This document shows, one piece after another, positions 10,839 through 21,888 of a stretch of DNA of 64,000 nucleotides (positions are counted from its first letter, which is position 1; every line of letters starts with the position of its first letter). Source of the DNA: Bispira polyomma (taxonomy: Eukaryota); the NCBI GenBank assembly GCA_965649765.1, contig OZ287749.1:7936001-8000000 (forward strand), given 5' to 3'. The notes under the pieces were generated by a model that worked only from the letters and a program-made list of their open reading frames with translations, did no database searches and was not told where the DNA came from. The position numbers were made by a program, and so were the translations under genes.

Positions 10839-13800
10839 ATGCTTTGTCCCTACTGTAGCATGTTTTTGAAATGGGAAAGAAGTCTGTTGAAACATTTGAA
10901 TGCTTGTAAGAAACTGCAAGTATTGAATTGTTAACGGTGTAAAACCAACTTTGTAGATATAAAATCGCTGTATAGACATATCAGAAAATGTTACAGTTCA
11001 TGCTCTAACAATATTAGCAGTTGTAAACATTGTCAAAAAAACTTTAAAAGACATGACGATAAAACAGATCATGAAAGATTATGTGTTGTGTGCTATAGAT
11101 GTCATATTGTATTTAAAGATTGTGAGACTAAAAGAGCTCATCTGAAAACTTGTACAAAGCTTAAACCAAGCTCTGAACAGTCTGGTGCTACACCCTCAAA
11201 AATAGGTAAATTTTGTTGCAAACAATGTTCAATCGTATTTACAAACATATCACACTTGCTAAGTCACAATTATGACAAACAAGCACCTTCCTGTAGCACT
11301 GTAACTAGCACTAATACACTGCATGATAAAATTAGTAGTACTAAGGGTGAAGAAGATGACACACTAGTGAAAAATGGAGCAAATAAAATTAATAGTACTA
11401 AGAGTGAAGTCGACACACTGGTAAGAAATAGTGCAACATCACACTGTAGTGAAAACAACAGTTTCATATCCGAACAACTGGAAAACTCTAAGAGAGAGAG
11501 TAAATGTGTTAAATGTGATTCAGTATTTACATCAAAATGGGAATTATATTTACATAATATATCAAATTATTCACAAACTGGGGGACAAAGAGGTTTACAG
11601 AGAAGGGTAGTACCTCAGGATTATCAATTTGAGTCGGATGCAATGGCTGATACATATGAAGAAAATATTAACCATATACTGGTACGTGACATAAGAGGTA
11701 GAATAAGGTCAACTTATAACTTTCCTACTTTTGACCTAGAAGGAGGAATGGGAAAAATATTGGAACATCTAGACACAATTTACCAAACACAAACAACTTC
11801 CTTTAAATTGAATGTTTCATTTGGTCTCATTTTAAGAAACATAGATGACGATTCATATAGATATTTTGTACCATTTTATAATAAACAATTATTTTCTGTT
11901 CCTGTTACTATATCTAAGAGAGCACATCTGAGACATTTATATCATAGAATTAGAGGGATGGATATTCCTGAATTTATTCGAAATTTAAAACCAAGTAGCA
12001 AATGGGTACCAGCTATGATAACCAATTTACACTATAACGCGATACAGACCTCGTATCCTCTAGGCAACACTGTTGATGTGCTACCAGATAATATTATAAA
12101 TTCAAAATCAATAATAAGTCTAGAAAAAAACCAAAACAATGAACTGCATAATGACAGGTTATGTGCATTTAGAGCTATGGCTTTACATTATAATAACTCA
12201 GAGAAGAACCACCTAGACTATTACTATCAATGGGTTGAATTTACCAAATCAAAGGTGCACTACAAAGACTTCACTGGATTGGAGTTAGAAGATTTACCTA
12301 TGTTTGAAAATTGTTTCAAACTAAATGTAAACATTTTTAATCTACAAGCGCAGGGAACAGTCATGACAGTGTACAATTCTATGATGACTTATGATGACAC
12401 CTTACATCTGAATCTATACAAAAATCATCTCAGCTATATTAGAGATATCTCTTGCTACAGTTGAAAAGATCAATGCAGGCAATGCGAAAATTTTTTAAAA
12501 TTGTATCAGAACTCAAAAGGCATTCGTCACATTGTTATAATCGTACAAGATATGTACTACCAGGTGGATTTTACCAACCACCTAGAAATATATTTCAGAA
12601 ACTAGAAAACTATAACATAATCATCCCTACAGAAAAAAGATATTTTCCATATTTTGCTGTATATGATTTTAAAGCAATGTTAAAGCAATCAACAGATTCA
12701 GAAAGCACAAGACTTCAGTTTACGACTGAACATGTTCCTATTAGTGTCTCAATTTGTTGTAACGTAGAGGGTTTTCAAGAACCAGGGTGTTTTATTGAGG
12801 ATAATTTAGAAAATCTGTTATGTTCCATGGTTGAGTATTTAGAAAAAATCGCCATAAAATGTTGTTAAATTGCTAGAATAAGATGGAGCGATGTGTATGG
12901 TGCGATTGAAGCTCTTCGTGAAAGCTTTGGTGATGATAAAAATGAACAATTCATTCAGTTGGAGAAAGATTTTGATAAACATATTGGTTAATTACCCATT
13001 TTAGGTTTTAACAGTGGAAAATATGATCTAAATTTGATTAAAGGTTAATTAGTATCACATCTGTTTCAAACTGAGGACAAGAGTGGATACACCATCAAGA
13101 GAAACAATAACTATCTCTCATTAAATTCAACCTCCTTTAAATTTTTAGACATCAGCAATTTTATTGCTCCTGGAGTTAGTTATTCTAATTTTTTGAAATG
13201 TTACGAGGTTGAGGAATGTAAGGGATATTTTCCATACGAGTGGTTTGACAGTCTTGATAAGTTAGATTATCCTGAACTACCACCATTTGCATTGTTTTAT
13301 TCAAATCTAAAGAAATTTACAACATGTTGCAGCGAGTATGGAATAAAGAAGAAATTACCTCATTCAGAGATTTTCTTATATGGTATAACAACCTAGATGT
13401 GAAATCTTTTTGTACTGCAATAAAGAACATGCAAAAATTTTACTTTGAAAAAGAAATTGACATCTTTAAAAATTTTATTTCAGTATCAAGTATTGCAAGA
13501 AAGATGTTATTTGATTCTACCAACTGTAGATTTTCATTATTCAATGAGTCTAACAGAGACATTTATCACATTATGAAAAATGGAATAGTAGGTGGTCCAT
13601 CTATAGTATTCAGGAGATACCATGAGGTTGATACAACTTATATCAGAGAAGATTCAAGCAAAGTGTAGAATTTAGAGATGCCAATGCGCTTTATTTATGG
13701 CCTATAGGACAAAATCAACCCACCGGGTTATATGTGAGAAGAAGAAAGGAGGCAAATTTTAAAGGTGAGGTACCAGTCAGATAATTTGAACAATACATTT

Positions 13801-15717
13801 GGCTCGATTACGTCTCTGAAAAAGAAAATTTACGGATTCAGCATGGACTGAACAGTGGTAAAGAGTATTGTATTGGACCCTATAGAGTGGACGGGTATGA
13901 CTCAGAACATAATAAAGTGTACAAGTACAATGGGTGTTGGGTACACCACCACGACTGTCGTCTAACTGAACATATAAAATCAAAAAAATGGCATCAGGCA
14001 ACTGAAAGTTGTTTAAGACGAGAAAAGCAACAAATTTATTTAGTCACTCTGTTATGAAATAATTGTAATGAGAGAATGTCATTACCAAAAATACATTAAA
14101 CAACACACTGAACATATCAATTTGCGTTATCTTCCTAGATATTACACCAAACATAAAGGTGAGTTGTCAACCGAGCAGCTGATCAAAGCTGTTAAAGAGG
14201 AAATTTTTTTTGAAGCTATGCAAGTTGATTTAGAGGTACAAGACAGATGGAAGACAACACCGTCCTTTACTAAACTGTCTCCACAAGAGTACTTTGGTGA
14301 AATGAGTCCTATATTTGCTAAAACAGAGATACCTTTTGATGTCATTGGTGCGCATATGCAAGAATTTGTAGAAAAATTTCAATGGTCTAAAAAAACTGAG
14401 AGAACTTTTAGTAGGCGGAATGAAAGCAGAAAAGATTTTATTAGCTACACCACTATTGAAGTGGTATCTAGATCATGGAATGGAAATAACACAGATATAT
14501 CAGGTTATTGAATATGTACGAAAACGTTGTTTCGAAGATTTTTCTCTTGAGATTTGTGAAAGGAGAAGAGAAGGAGATAAAGTAGCTCGTAAAGCGATGC
14601 TGGCTGAGTTGTCGAAACTCATCAGGAATTCGAGCTTTGGATCGACTTACAGAATTAAATAACGATATGTATGAGATAGAGAGATTTAAAAACAAAATCA
14701 CTTTAGATGTACCAATACAAATAGGTTACTTTATATTACAGTACGCAAAGTTAAAATTGCTGTCTTTTTATTGTTTAGACAAATATGTAGACAGATCCAA
14801 TTTTGAAACGTTAGAGACTGATACTGACAGTGCCTATTATGCATTGAGTCAGTCTAGACTTGAAAACAGTGTTAAACCTTCACTAGTCTCTGAATTTCAA
14901 AAGATGTATATCATTCATGTAGTGATAAATTTATCCCGCCCTGGTTTCCTAGATTGTGCTGTCAAAAACACGCTGCATTTGATTGACGTACTTTATCATT
15001 ATTCAAGGTGGAATGTAGAGCTACTAAAGCTATATGTCTGTCATCAAAAACCTACATCATGCGACAAGAGGATGGTAAAAATAAGATCTCTTGTAAAGGT
15101 GTTTCAAAGAGAGCATTAAAAAATCCCATAGATATATTTGAAAAAGTTCTGAAAACTAAATGTAGTCTATCAGCTAGCAATATCGGTTCCAGAGCTAGAA
15201 TTAATACCATATTCACATATTTACAAGGTAGGAGAGGGTTTACATATCACTATATCAAAGAGAGGTACTAGAAGATGGAATAAGAACTCGCCCACTAGAT
15301 CTAGTGCTCCGTCCTTGTCAAAGTGATATTGTAATTGTTGATAAAAAACAAGACCCACTGTCTAATGAATACCCAAGTGTCATACAGTGCAATCAAGCGG
15401 TATACAAAAACATACATGACTATATTCAAAAAAAGAGTGAAAAAATAGACGAAGATGTTGTTTTGAACCAGAGATGGATTGAAGAATGAGATTCTACAAT
15501 AGAGAAGATTTTAAAACTAAAATTAACACATTACCCAGAATTTGCAGACTCATTGAGGAAAACTCGAATATCCTACATCTGTTATAATGTTTCAAAAGAT
15601 CTATATTGGAATGTTGGTTTGGCTAGTAGATTGCTAGATCTTATAAATAGCGAGTCATACCCAGGAAACAATCAAATGGGATTATTGCTGATGAAAATTA
15701 GAAACAAGCTAAAGTAG
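10839..15717 (+). pseudogene. Protein-primed family B DNA polymerase (pPolB) polyprotein: Zn fingers - terminal protein/vOTU-like - exonuclease - polymerase with VSR-like insertion - NADAR
   Basis: ATG at 10839 is in frame with ORF 11088. ExoI YDFKAM, ExoII FNSGKYD, ExoIII YNNLDV, GGPSIVF, motif A DANALY (13678), motif B KLIRNSSFG, motif C TDTDS, C-terminal VLEDGIRTRPLDL. Many stops and frameshifts. Confidence 0.95.
15340..15717 (+). pseudogene. NADAR/YbiA-like domain in frame with the pPolB C-terminus
   Basis: DPLSNEYP...W IEE*DSTIEKILKLKLTHYPEFADSLRKT...KDLYWNVG...YPGNNQMGLLLMKIRNKL*. One internal TGA at 15487. Confidence 0.8.
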
Positions 15718-15718
15718 A

Positions 15719-16351
15719 ATGGCTTTGAAATTTTGTGATCCAGCTAGCATTCTTATCAGTAGTTGCAGCTACTCAGGAAAAACTACTTTTCTCTATAAAT
15801 TTTTAGAACACAAAAATGAGATGTTTATAAAAGCACCTGGAAAAACATTATACTGTTATTCGGTTTGGCAACCTATCTACGAAAAACTACAAGAAAAAGG
15901 AGAAATAGTCTTTAACAAAGGTTTACCTGATCTAAAACAGATAGAAAGCTTAAACAACGGAGCACACAATTTATGTGTATTAGATGATCTGCAAGAAGAG
16001 GTTGCTGACAGTAAATTTATCGAGAGGTTATATACAGTATACTGTCATCACTATCACCTGAGTGTGATTACTATTCTGCAAAATTTATATTACCGTGGAA
16101 AGTCTCTCCGCACGATTAATCTTAACAGTCATTATTTGTTGCTGTTTAAAAATCCTCGTGATATTAATCAGATAAAATATCTAGGACAACAGGTTGGGTT
16201 GGAAAAAACACTAGAGGAAGCTTATTGCGATGCAACCAATGAAAATTACAATTATCTGTTGATTGATCTGTCACCTCACTCTACCACACCTTATAAATTG
16301 AGAAGTCATATATTACCGGGGGAGGATACTGTAGTGCATACAAAGAAGTAG
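15719..16351 (+). CDS. A32/FtsK-like DNA packaging ATPase
   Basis: Degenerate Walker A SCSYSGKT, Walker B LCVLDD, HHYHLSVITILQN and RTINLNSHY. Confidence 0.93.
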   Translation: MALKFCDPASILISSCSYSGKTTFLYKFLEHKNEMFIKAPGKTLYCYSVWQPIYEKLQEKGEIVFNKGLPDLKQIESLNNGAHNLCVLDDLQEEVADSKFIERLYTVYCHHYHLSVITILQNLYYRGKSLRTINLNSHYLLLFKNPRDINQIKYLGQQVGLEKTLEEAYCDATNENYNYLLIDLSPHSTTPYKLRSHILPGEDTVVHTKK

Positions 16352-16402
16352 ATAGACTTATTAAAATAAAAGTTTCTACAAAAGATAAAAAAAAATATAA
16401 AT

Positions 16403-16672
16403 ATGAGCGCATTATTAAAAAAGCATTCAAATTTTATAAAACTGTTGATTTAATCTCACACAGAACAAGCACTTGTATTGATAGATACCTTAAATGAAAA
16501 ACAAGCACAAGTATTGATAGAGACACTTATAAATATATTAAAAGTATCACATTTAAAAAAATATAAAACTGATGTAAAGAAGTTTGTAAGATTGATGAAG
16601 AGACTTACCACTAGAAAACTGAAATGGACAGAAATCTATAAAAAAATTGTTAACCTGTTAGTTATTCGGTGA
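16403..16672 (+). pseudogene. Small conserved Polinton protein downstream of the ATPase
   Basis: MSALLKKHSNFIKLLI*SHTEQALVLIDTLNEKQAQVLIETLINIL. Position and helical pattern typical of Polintons. Confidence 0.5.
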
Positions 16673-16693
16673 TGATTTGTTAAAATTGTTAAC

Positions 16694-17017
16694 ATGAATA
16701 AGTTTGTGTTGTTACCGTATGATCGTTACAAAGAACATACAAACAATCCCACAAACAGCAAATCTATTGCCACCGACGAGGCTGTTCATGTTGAAAAAAG
16801 TGAAGCAAGCAAAGAGCAAAATTCTATAAATAAGGTGGACGATGGTTTAATTAGCACTGGAGACACTGAAGAGGGTAATACTACAACAAGCTTGTTCGAA
16901 TCTAATCAGGTTGGAGGAAACCAAAAAAGAGCAAAAAAGAGTTGTCTATTCCTCCACCAGGAATCCCAGAAAAAAAGTTTTAAACCTCTCTCAAAAAAAA
17001 CAAAAAAAACCTACTAA
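16694..17017 (+). CDS. Small Polinton protein, putative virion core
   Basis: MNKFVLLPYDRY start, QVGG motif and basic tail. A frameshifted IPPPGIP suggests a damaged 3' end. Confidence 0.5.
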   Translation: MNKFVLLPYDRYKEHTNNPTNSKSIATDEAVHVEKSEASKEQNSINKVDDGLISTGDTEEGNTTTSLFESNQVGGNQKRAKKSCLFLHQESQKKSFKPLSKKTKKTY

Positions 17018-17068
17018 AGCCTATGATATTTGGAAAGAAGGTTGACAAAGATATTGATATTAATTAGG

Positions 17069-18078
17069 ATGGAACAAGAAAAAACAAATTACCTACACAA
17101 TGTTTATTGCAACAGTAAAAATCCAACATCCTTTGGTGGATTCAATAAATTTTATAAATTTGTAAAAGGTGAAAATAGATATCCTTTTTCCAAACGTGAG
17201 GTTAGAGAATGGATGGGTAAACAGGATGCGTTTATTTTGCATCGACCGGTACAAAAAAATTGAAAAGACTGGTTACTATTGCTGTAAAGAAAGATCAACA
17301 ATGGAATTATGATACAGCTAACATGATAAAATATAATAAGAGAAACGGTCATTTTTGTGTTCTTATAGGTACTTTAACTCGTTTTTTGTGGTCATTTCCA
17401 TTACGTAATTTGACTGGTGAAGAAATGAAAAAGGAACTTAAAAAGATTTTTGTTAAAGAAAAACCTACTTTTTTATTTACAGACAGAGGTAGCAAAAACA
17501 AAAATAAAACTATTCAAAGTTATCTAAAAACTGAAGGTATAGTACACTTTATGAGCAATAATGAGACCAAGGTAGCGATGGCTGAGAGAGTGATCAAAAC
17601 TGTTAAATTAAAACTGATTAGAATGATGACGGGTAAAAATAATTTCAATTGGGTTGAGGATTTAAAGGATATTACTGAGTCGTATAATAAAAGTTTCCAT
17701 AGAACATTGCAAAGTACTCCTACAGAGGTGACAAAGAAGATTACGATTTGTGGAGAGAGCAGTATCTCCCAAAAGAATATATAAAAGATGAGATTAAATA
17801 CGATAAAAAAAAGTGACCTAAATCTAAATCAGTTTATAAATTCAAGGTGGGAGATCTAGTAAAAGTTGCTCATCTATCTAAGTCTTTCCAAAGAGAATAC
17901 GACGAGAGGTATTCAAATGAAAATTTTGTTGTTGCGCAGAGAAAGGGGAACCAGAGTAAGGCACAGTACAAATTGAAGGATTTGAACAATGAGCTTATAG
18001 GTGGTTTCTTTTATAACCCAGAACTGCAAAGAGTTTACTCCGACAACAATACCACACATCGAATTGAAAAGATACTCA
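17069..18078 (+). pseudogene. Retroviral-like (rve) integrase, frameshifted, chromodomain truncated
   Basis: NPTSFGG, LHRP, QWNYD, TDRG, AERVIKT, FKVGDLV, GFFYNPELQ and RIEKIL across three frames. Confidence 0.92.
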
Positions 18079-18260
18079 TATCGTTGATGGTAGTATTGTT
18101 GAAGATCATTATAGACCTTTACTCAGAATAGTTGGAAATGTAGGAGAGTTTCACAATGTTTACTATTAAAATATTACCAGACAAACTATCTCACGGATCA
18201 AAGTGTATATAAAGGGTAAAAATTTGAGTCGTCAATTTCTACGAGAGTTGTTTTAATCCC
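18071..18260 (+). pseudogene. C-terminal remnant of the minor capsid (penton) protein
   Basis: Frame not in the ORF track: HIVDGSIVEDHYRPLLRIVGNVGEFHNVYY*NITRQTISRIKVYIKG. The PLLR and IxVYI pattern is typical of Polinton pentons. Confidence 0.65.
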
Positions 18261-18285
18261 AGAAGAGTTTAAAAAGAAAATAAAA

Positions 18286-18583
18286 ATGGTAAATTGGGTT
18301 GAGGTGTGTTAGGACATGCGTGGAGGCAAATTGACCAGAGATAAAAACCTATATATATATTAGGTGAACAGAGAGGTGGTGAAGATAATATAAAGGGACT
18401 CGTTACTGTTGTTTCACCTACAGAACAGCAAGTAGACATGGCACGTTCTGAATTAAAAAAAAATTTAAAAAAGACCTGTTGGTGAAAAAATGATAAAGAG
18501 TAAAAAAAGAGAAAGTTATTAAAAGACTTAAAAATAAAAGCGTTAAAACGCAAAAAAAAACACAAAAGAAAAAGTAGGTGTAA
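18286..18583 (+). pseudogene. Basic core (DNA-condensing) protein
   Basis: MVNW...MRGGKL...EQRGG...VTVVSPTEQQVDMARSELKK followed by a K/R-rich tail. Contains stops and frameshifts. Confidence 0.6.
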
Positions 18584-18687
18584 TTGATTATAAATAGGCT
18601 GCCACATATTCTATTCACCTGTTGTTAAGGTGATAAGGATAAAGAACATATGTTCCAGAAGCCGCTGATAGATCCTTCTGTTCCTTC

Positions 18688-19904
18688 GATTGGGTAGAAT
18701 ACAGACCTACTGGACAGGTTAAAGATGGTAATGTTATCTAGATAAATATACCGGGAGATGGTGCAGATTACATAGTTTAAAAAATTCTAGATTATGTGTA
18801 AGATTTAAAATAGTTAAACTAGATGGAACTAATATTCCTACTACTGCGAAGGTGGGACCAGTTAATTTAGCACTGCATTCCTTGTTTAGACAAGTAGATG
18901 TTTCATTACAGATTAATATTTCTCCCAGCGTACGAATCAACTATCCGTACAAAAGTATTTTAGATGTGTGGTTGCATAATACATTTAAGGGTGAGGTTTA
19001 ACAATTGCAGAATGAATTGTTACCGCTGATAAACACGACGACACTTGTGATGCTAAAATAGGATTTGGAATTAGAAAGGATAGGTGTGCAGTTAACAACG
19101 AGGTTGATTTGATCTCTCCACTGCATGTAGATCTGGCTCAACAGGAAAGATTAATTCTAAATGGTGTACAGATCAATTTCAAGTTTTACCCGAGTTCTAA
19201 TGTTTTTCAACTAATGAGCGGAGACGATGCTATTGATTATAAAGTTGAGATAACCAGCGCTTCTATGGAAATATGTCAGGTTAAGTTAAATCCTTAACTC
19301 GCTCTGGCACATGCTACAGCACTAAAATCTTCTCCAGCTTTGTATCCCTACTGGCAAAGCGAGTTCAAGACGTTCACTATAGCTGCTGGTAGTTTTAATT
19401 GGACAGATGATGGTATGTTCCATGGAAATGTACCTAGTAAACTTATAGTCGGTTTCGTCCCTGGAGAGGCTTATAGTGGTAGTTATAAAAAAAAACCCGT
19501 TTAAATTTCATCATTATTATTTAAATTTTCTCAAATTCAGTGTAGACGGTGTACTCATACCCTCTTGTCCATTTCGTCCTGTTTATAAAGACGGACATAT
19601 ATCAGCTCAACCAACTTATATAACTGGACAATATGCTGAAAGTTTCAATAGTTTCTTTTATGAAAAATACCGAAAAGAAGAAGGTGCGTTGATAGAGTAC
19701 ACAGATTATCCAAATGGTTATTGTCTGTATGTCTTTAATATCGACAGCAATGTATCCGGTTCATTAAAGTCAACTATAAAAAAGGGTCATACAAGAATAA
19801 CAGCAAACTTTACCAAAGGTTTGGCAGAGAGTGTTACTGTTTTACTATATGCACGTTTCCCTGCGATGTTAAGCATCGATGAATCCAGAGCTATAGAAAT
19901 ATGA
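18688..19904 (+). pseudogene. Double jelly-roll major capsid protein (PY); extreme N-terminus not recognisable
   Basis: WVEYRP, GPVNLALHSLFRQVDV, YPYKS, LHVDLAQQERLILNGV, GNVPSKLIVGFV, KNPFKFHHY, GYCLYVFNI. Confidence 0.93.
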
Positions 19905-20289
19905 ATACCCATCAACTTCGTCGAGCGATGTTAAAAGATGAAAAAATTAAAAAGTATTTTTGAGGGGTTTATGCGTCTAATGAATTACCTATGATATTAT
20001 GTGGGTAAACAGTGTAAGAGAATATTTTGATTCTTTATGTTATTTACCTAAAAAAAATTTTGAAAATTTCTTATTCATTCATGGAAATAAATATATAAGA
20101 AATAGTGTGGATTTGCAAAGTTCTGTCAGCTTATTATGCGGACAATACTGTATATATTATGCCTACCATCAGAGTAGAGGTGGAACTTATCAAAATATTT
20201 TAAAAGATTTTGACAATAGTTTGCTGGGTAATGATTTGATGGTTAAAAATTTTTATGATAGCAATTTTGGTGAGATAAATATTATATAA
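19901..20289 (+). pseudogene. Adenain-like cysteine protease with internal deletion
   Basis: MNTHQL...F*GVYASNELP, EYFDS and LQSSVSLLCGQYC. The catalytic His (GxHW) segment is missing. ATG overlaps the capsid gene TGA (ATGA). Confidence 0.88.
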
Positions 20290-20331
20290 GGAGGTCTTTC
20301 GTGGAGTTGTAGAACAGTTGAACTTTCCAAC

Positions 20332-20986
20332 ATGGCAGAGGTAGAGGTTTCCGACAGCATGGTTGATAACATTGATCAATTTAGTGATCTTGAAGATACG
20401 ACTGATTGTCTGGTGGCTGCTTCAGCTAGCAGTTTTAGAAAAAGAAAACCTGTGGTTAGTTGTACAGATGAATTGAGAAAAAAATTTGCAGATCTAATGG
20501 ATGCAGATAATTCATTGGATATGTGTCGTGACTGGTTAGACTATGAACTTTGTGAAAACAGAAAAAAAAGTTTTGTAGGTTGGCCTAAAAACCTTTCAGT
20601 TCTACCAAGAGATTTAGCAAGAGCTGGATTCAGATATACTAGAAAGGGTGATAGGTGTGTGTGTCACAAATGTTGTTTAGTATTGCACAGCTGGAGTTAG
20701 TTTGACGAGCCACTGCAATTACACGCTAAGTCAAATCCTGAATGCGAATACATACAGATGCTACTTCCTGTTGCAGAAAAGTATCTGTACTGTACCAAAA
20801 TCGGTTAGACAGTTTCAGCAGAGGGTGGAAGAGGAGTCATATAGTACGACCTGAACAGCTGGCTAGAGCTGAATTTATGTACACGGTCTTGAGGATCCTT
20901 GTCACTGTGTGTGGTGCTCTGTAACAATGCACTCCTGGGACTATTCAAAAAATTGTAGTTTTCTTAAAATGGTTCATGGTAATTAG
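20332..20986 (+). pseudogene. Inhibitor-of-apoptosis (IAP)-like gene with two BIR domains
   Basis: BIR1: RKKSFVGWP..LARAGFRY..DRCVCHKC..W..H....PEC. BIR2: RLDSFSRGW..LARAEFMY..CHCVWC..W..C. Contains a stop, frameshifts and a deletion. Confidence 0.9.
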
Positions 20987-21125
20987 TGTTATGTAAATAT
21001 GTATATGTTGTGTGTTATATAAAAAAAAACGTGTGTAGTTTGATTTAAATAAAATTTAATATATATATATATATATATATCTTGTTTCATTTTTCCCCAC
21101 TGATATTATATTTTATGTATGTTTG

Positions 21126-21365
21126 ATGATGGCTTTAGGTTTAATTATATACAATCCTGATTTTGATCAACAATGTGTGGTTAACTGAACATTGCTGAAT
21201 GATACCGATGATCTATGGTTGCTTTGTAATAGTGAATTAAATTATCATTGTGTATTCATCTTGGACTACAATGCTTTCTTTATAAGAGATTTTCAAAGAG
21301 ATCTAGCTTACGAAGAGAGCAGTTATGAGTTTACATTAAAAAAGATGAAAAATTTTTTTGTTTGA
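21126..21365 (+). pseudogene. Small unknown Polinton ORF with one internal stop
   Basis: 80-codon frame MMALGLIIYNPDFDQQCVVN*TLLND...KNFFV* between the two IAP genes. Confidence 0.35.
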
Positions 21366-21477
21366 TTGCTAATTATCGAGAATGTAACTGGTTTGCATCA
21401 GAGGTATATAAATAGAGGTGTATGATTTATAAACATTACATTCTTCCTCATACAGTGATAAAATCACATACTGCACA

Positions 21478-21828
21478 ATGGCAGTTCAAGATGGTTTGTC
21501 GGGATTATAAGCCACGAGTTTAAAAGAAAATTTTACAGAAAAAGAGAATGGTAAAAGTTTTGGTTTTGTCTTAAGCATAGATTACACCCTGTATGATGAC
21601 AGACTAAACAGCTTTAGACTTTGGCTTAGTAGCTATCCGGTGTGTGCTGAGAGATTATCTGCTGCTGGTTTTCGATATTTAGGACCTGGTGATAAGGTTG
21701 AGTGTGTTTGGTGTAAACTAATTCTCCAACAATGGACATCAACCTGTTGTCCGATGCATCAATACTTACTTCATTCTAAAGGAAATTGTAAATTTTTAAA
21801 AATGCTGTATCCCAGTTTTAAAATGTAA
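21478..21828 (+). pseudogene. Single-BIR IAP-like gene
   Basis: ATG 21478 with one early TAA. RLNSFRLW..LSAAGFRYLGPGDKVECVWC..W..NCKFL. TATATAAA at ~21405. Confidence 0.9.
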
Positions 21829-21888
21829 CTTCACGAGCATGTAACTAGAAGATATTACATTTTAAAAACAATTAAAAAAACAATTTAA

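Noticed and set aside
15487-15489. Programmed readthrough or frameshifting in pPolB-NADAR and other Polinton genes
   Set aside because: Most genes in this element have scattered stops and indels, so neutral decay is sufficient.
18269-18618. Phe-rich minus-strand ORFs resembling membrane proteins
   Set aside because: They are the reverse complement of the Lys-rich core protein gene.
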